This document shows, in pieces, positions 61,859-64,000 of a stretch of 64,000 bases of DNA. Positions within the stretch are counted from its first letter, which is position 1. Every line of letters starts with the position of its first letter. Below the pieces are notes generated by a model. The model had not been told where the DNA came from. It searched no databases and was given only the letters and a program-made list of their open reading frames with translations. A program made the position numbers and the translations under genes. This DNA comes from an uncultured delta proteobacterium. GTDB lineage: Bacteria > Myxococcota_A > Polyangia > Fen-1088. Where the stretch lies: the NCBI GenBank assembly GCA_963767925.1, contig CAVYGB010000010.1:448001-512000 (forward strand), written 5' to 3'.

Positions 61859-62435
61859 CCGGGACAGGTGGTTCACCCAGGGCGCCGATTCGAACCGTTC
61901 ACGCCTGGGCGCCGCGCCTTCGCGAGCGCGGATCTCCAGGCGCCCTGACCGGGTTCGCCGGGTTCGGCGCCGCCCAGGCCGAGCTGGTCGAACCGACCCA
62001 TCGCAAAACGGATGTGAGCACCTAGCCCGGGTCGAGCCCCGTTTTCCAGCAAACGCCGCGCGTCGCGCCAAACGCGTCGCGGGACCGCTCGACCCCAGCC
62101 GATACCAAACACCCGGGTCGAACGGCAGGTGGCGTGAATCAGGCGGCGGGCGGGGCGGCGATCGGGCGGGTCGTGACCTCGGGGCGGGGGGTGGGGTGGC
62201 TTTGATGTGGAGGTGTGTCAGGCGCTGCCGACCATGGTGCGCTTCATTGAAAAGAAGACGACCCCGCCACCCGCGATATTGACGGCACCCCTCGATCATC
62301 GTGCGGGGCCCATCGCCGCGGCGGGTCGGCGCCAGGTGCACCCGGACACGACGTCGGCGCCCGGGTGCGCTCGCGGGGCGGCCGCCGCGGGTGGGGTCAG
62401 CCGGCGGACTCGGCCACCAGGTACGCGCGATAGGA

Positions 62436-64000
62436 TCAGCCTCCGGGGGGCGGGTTCACGATGTGCAGCTCGACGCGGCGGTTGGACTGGCGGCCCTCGA
62501 CGGTGTCGTTGCCGGCGATCGGGCGGTCGGGGCCGACGCCCTCGCTCTCCAGACGGGAGGGTTCGATCTTGCCCTGCTTGACCAGCCAGCGCACGACGGC
62601 GTCGGCGCGCTGCCTGGAAAGGCTCTTGTTGTAGGCGGCGGCGCCGCGGTCATCGGTATGGCCCTCCACCCGCACGCGCTGGAGCTCGGGGTGCTCGCGC
62701 AGGACCTTGGCGATGGCCTCGAGCAGCGGGGTGCTGGCGGCGGCGATGGTGGCCTGGCCGGTGGCGAACTTGACCTGCTCGGTGATGCGGATCTGCTCCT
62801 TGGTGATTTGCACCACCGGGCAGCCGTTCTTCGGCGCCTCGGGGTTGGCGGGGCCAGCCTCGGTCGGGCAGGCGTCGGCCTCGTCGAGCACGCCGTCGCC
62901 GTCGCTGTCGGCGCGCGCGGGGCAGCCGCTGGTCTTCGGATCGTCGCCGGCGGGGCCAGCCTCGGTCGGGCAGGCGTCGGCCTCGTCGAGCACGCCGTCG
63001 CCGTCGCTGTCGGCGGGCGCGGGGCAGCCGTTCCGGGTGCGGTCGGCGCTGGCCACGCCGGCGTCCTGCGGGCAGGCGTCGTCGCCGTCGGAGATCCCGT
63101 CAGCGTCGCCGTCGGCGGGCGGCGCCGCGACCGGCTCGGGGGCCCGGGGCTGGGGGGCGAGCTCGAGGCGCACCAGGAAGCGGGCGCGCGGCGAGCCGGC
63201 CGCGTCGGTGAGACCGCCCGCTGACGCGCCGATTCCCGCCCGGAGCCCGCCGCTGCCGTAGTGCAGACCGAGGAGAGGCTCGAAGGGGGTCGAGCGCTTC
63301 TTCAACAGGAGGCCACCGGTGACGGTGGTGGAGCCGAGCAGCTCGGCGCCGAGGAGGAGGCCCTCGGCGAGGCGCACGCCGGCGGCGGCGGCGGCCTGCA
63401 CCTCCGCGCCGTAGATCTCCTCGCGGAACTGGGCCGGGTCGATGGCCTGCGCGCTCAGGAAGCCGACCCGCAGCGCGTAGGCGAAACGGCCCAGGTCGCC
63501 GGCCAGCAACAGGCGGGGCGCCACCCGCACGCGCTCGTTGCCGGCGTAGCGGCTGTCGGTGTGGGTGGGGAGGAACGCCGCCACGCCGATGGCCGCCCGG
63601 AAGGGGTCCCCGTCCCGGCCAACCAGGAACAGGTCCGCGGCGACCCCCAGGTCGCCCAGGCCCGCCCGCTTCGGCTCGGGATAGCTGAAGTCGTTGAGCT
63701 CCGCCGGCTCGCCCGACTGGTAGACGATCACCGGGAGGGTGAGGGCGAAGCGCACCCGCCCGGCCAGCATGACCGCGGCGCTGGCGTGGAGCGTGTCCTG
63801 CCACTTCACCATCGCGATCTCGCGCCCGTCGGGCAAGGTGGCGGTGAGCGGTTTGTAGGACAGTTCGCCCACCAGGCCCACCGCCGGACGCAGATCCTCG
63901 ATCCGGTCGAGCGAGTCGAGCGAGAACCAGTCGCTGGGCGGGGCCGAAGGGCGGAAGCGGTTCAGCTCGAAGGCGTCGATGGTCTTCTGCGCCCGGGCCG
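62436..64000 (-). CDS. OmpA family protein with beta-barrel and thrombospondin type 3 repeats; starts beyond the window
   Basis: D.DGDG..D..DACP repeats, VEGHTDDRG, N..LS.QRA, NRRVE; frame stays open to the window end. Confidence 0.92.
   Translation of the reverse strand, partial: ARAQKTIDAFELNRFRPSAPPSDWFSLDSLDRIEDLRPAVGLVGELSYKPLTATLPDGREIAMVKWQDTLHASAAVMLAGRVRFALTLPVIVYQSGEPAELNDFSYPEPKRAGLGDLGVAADLFLVGRDGDPFRAAIGVAAFLPTHTDSRYAGNERVRVAPRLLLAGDLGRFAYALRVGFLSAQAIDPAQFREEIYGAEVQAAAAAGVRLAEGLLLGAELLGSTTVTGGLLLKKRSTPFEPLLGLHYGSGGLRAGIGASAGGLTDAAGSPRARFLVRLELAPQPRAPEPVAAPPADGDADGISDGDDACPQDAGVASADRTRNGCPAPADSDGDGVLDEADACPTEAGPAGDDPKTSGCPARADSDGDGVLDEADACPTEAGPANPEAPKNGCPVVQITKEQIRITEQVKFATGQATIAAASTPLLEAIAKVLREHPELQRVRVEGHTDDRGAAAYNKSLSRQRADAVVRWLVKQGKIEPSRLESEGVGPDRPIAGNDTVEGRQSNRRVELHIVNPPPGG
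62847..63030. repeat. Near-identical intragenic direct repeat (about 82 bp, period 102 bp) encoding TSP3 units
   Basis: 62847-62928 matches 62949-63030 with about 1 mismatch. Confidence 0.85.

Noticed and set aside
59570..63030. Tandem and direct repeats as mobile or regulatory arrays
   Set aside because: They are in-frame coding repeats (Gly/Ala linker and TSP3 units).
3262..63224. Many long antisense or alternate-frame ORFs (e.g. 3262-5388, 7686-10103, 13335-15401, 43782-45689)
   Set aside because: Expected shadows in high-GC3 DNA; they have no motifs and overlap well-supported genes.
1..64000. tRNA, rRNA, riboswitch or sigma54 promoter
   Set aside because: No convincing match by eye (TGGCAC hits lack a properly spaced TTGC); a covariance search was not possible.

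Overview
Very GC-rich bacterial DNA, most likely Myxococcota (inferred from lipoproteins with long G/A/D/P linkers, a TSP3-OmpA protein, PilY1 and a TPR + DUF1554 pair). It holds about 55 genes or gene relics: secreted enzymes and CAZyme-like proteins, asd, a divergent ilvY/ilvC(long form)-modF locus, MocR/EamA, tlyA, a scrambled glycosylation/methylation island (about 24.6-37.8 kb), a 5'-truncated group II intron, an orphan pilY1, a diheme cytochrome c with a membrane LuxR, and a STAND ATPase regulator. I saw no rRNA, tRNA or CRISPR array. Many genes are frameshifted, internally deleted or spliced to unrelated genes, which could be real decay or assembly error. The most striking unexplained structure is at 15820-16158: two adjacent 164/165-bp hairpin elements plus a collapsed third, overlapping at C(T/C)AG tetramers. 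Their arms are unrelated, but they share a strand-specific core of tandem GA/GA pairs with compensatory base changes, suggesting a structure-encoded ssDNA or RNA element family. The neighbouring GH8 and GH28 homologues both appear to have lost canonical catalytic residues. All family calls come from motif recognition by eye, with no database search.
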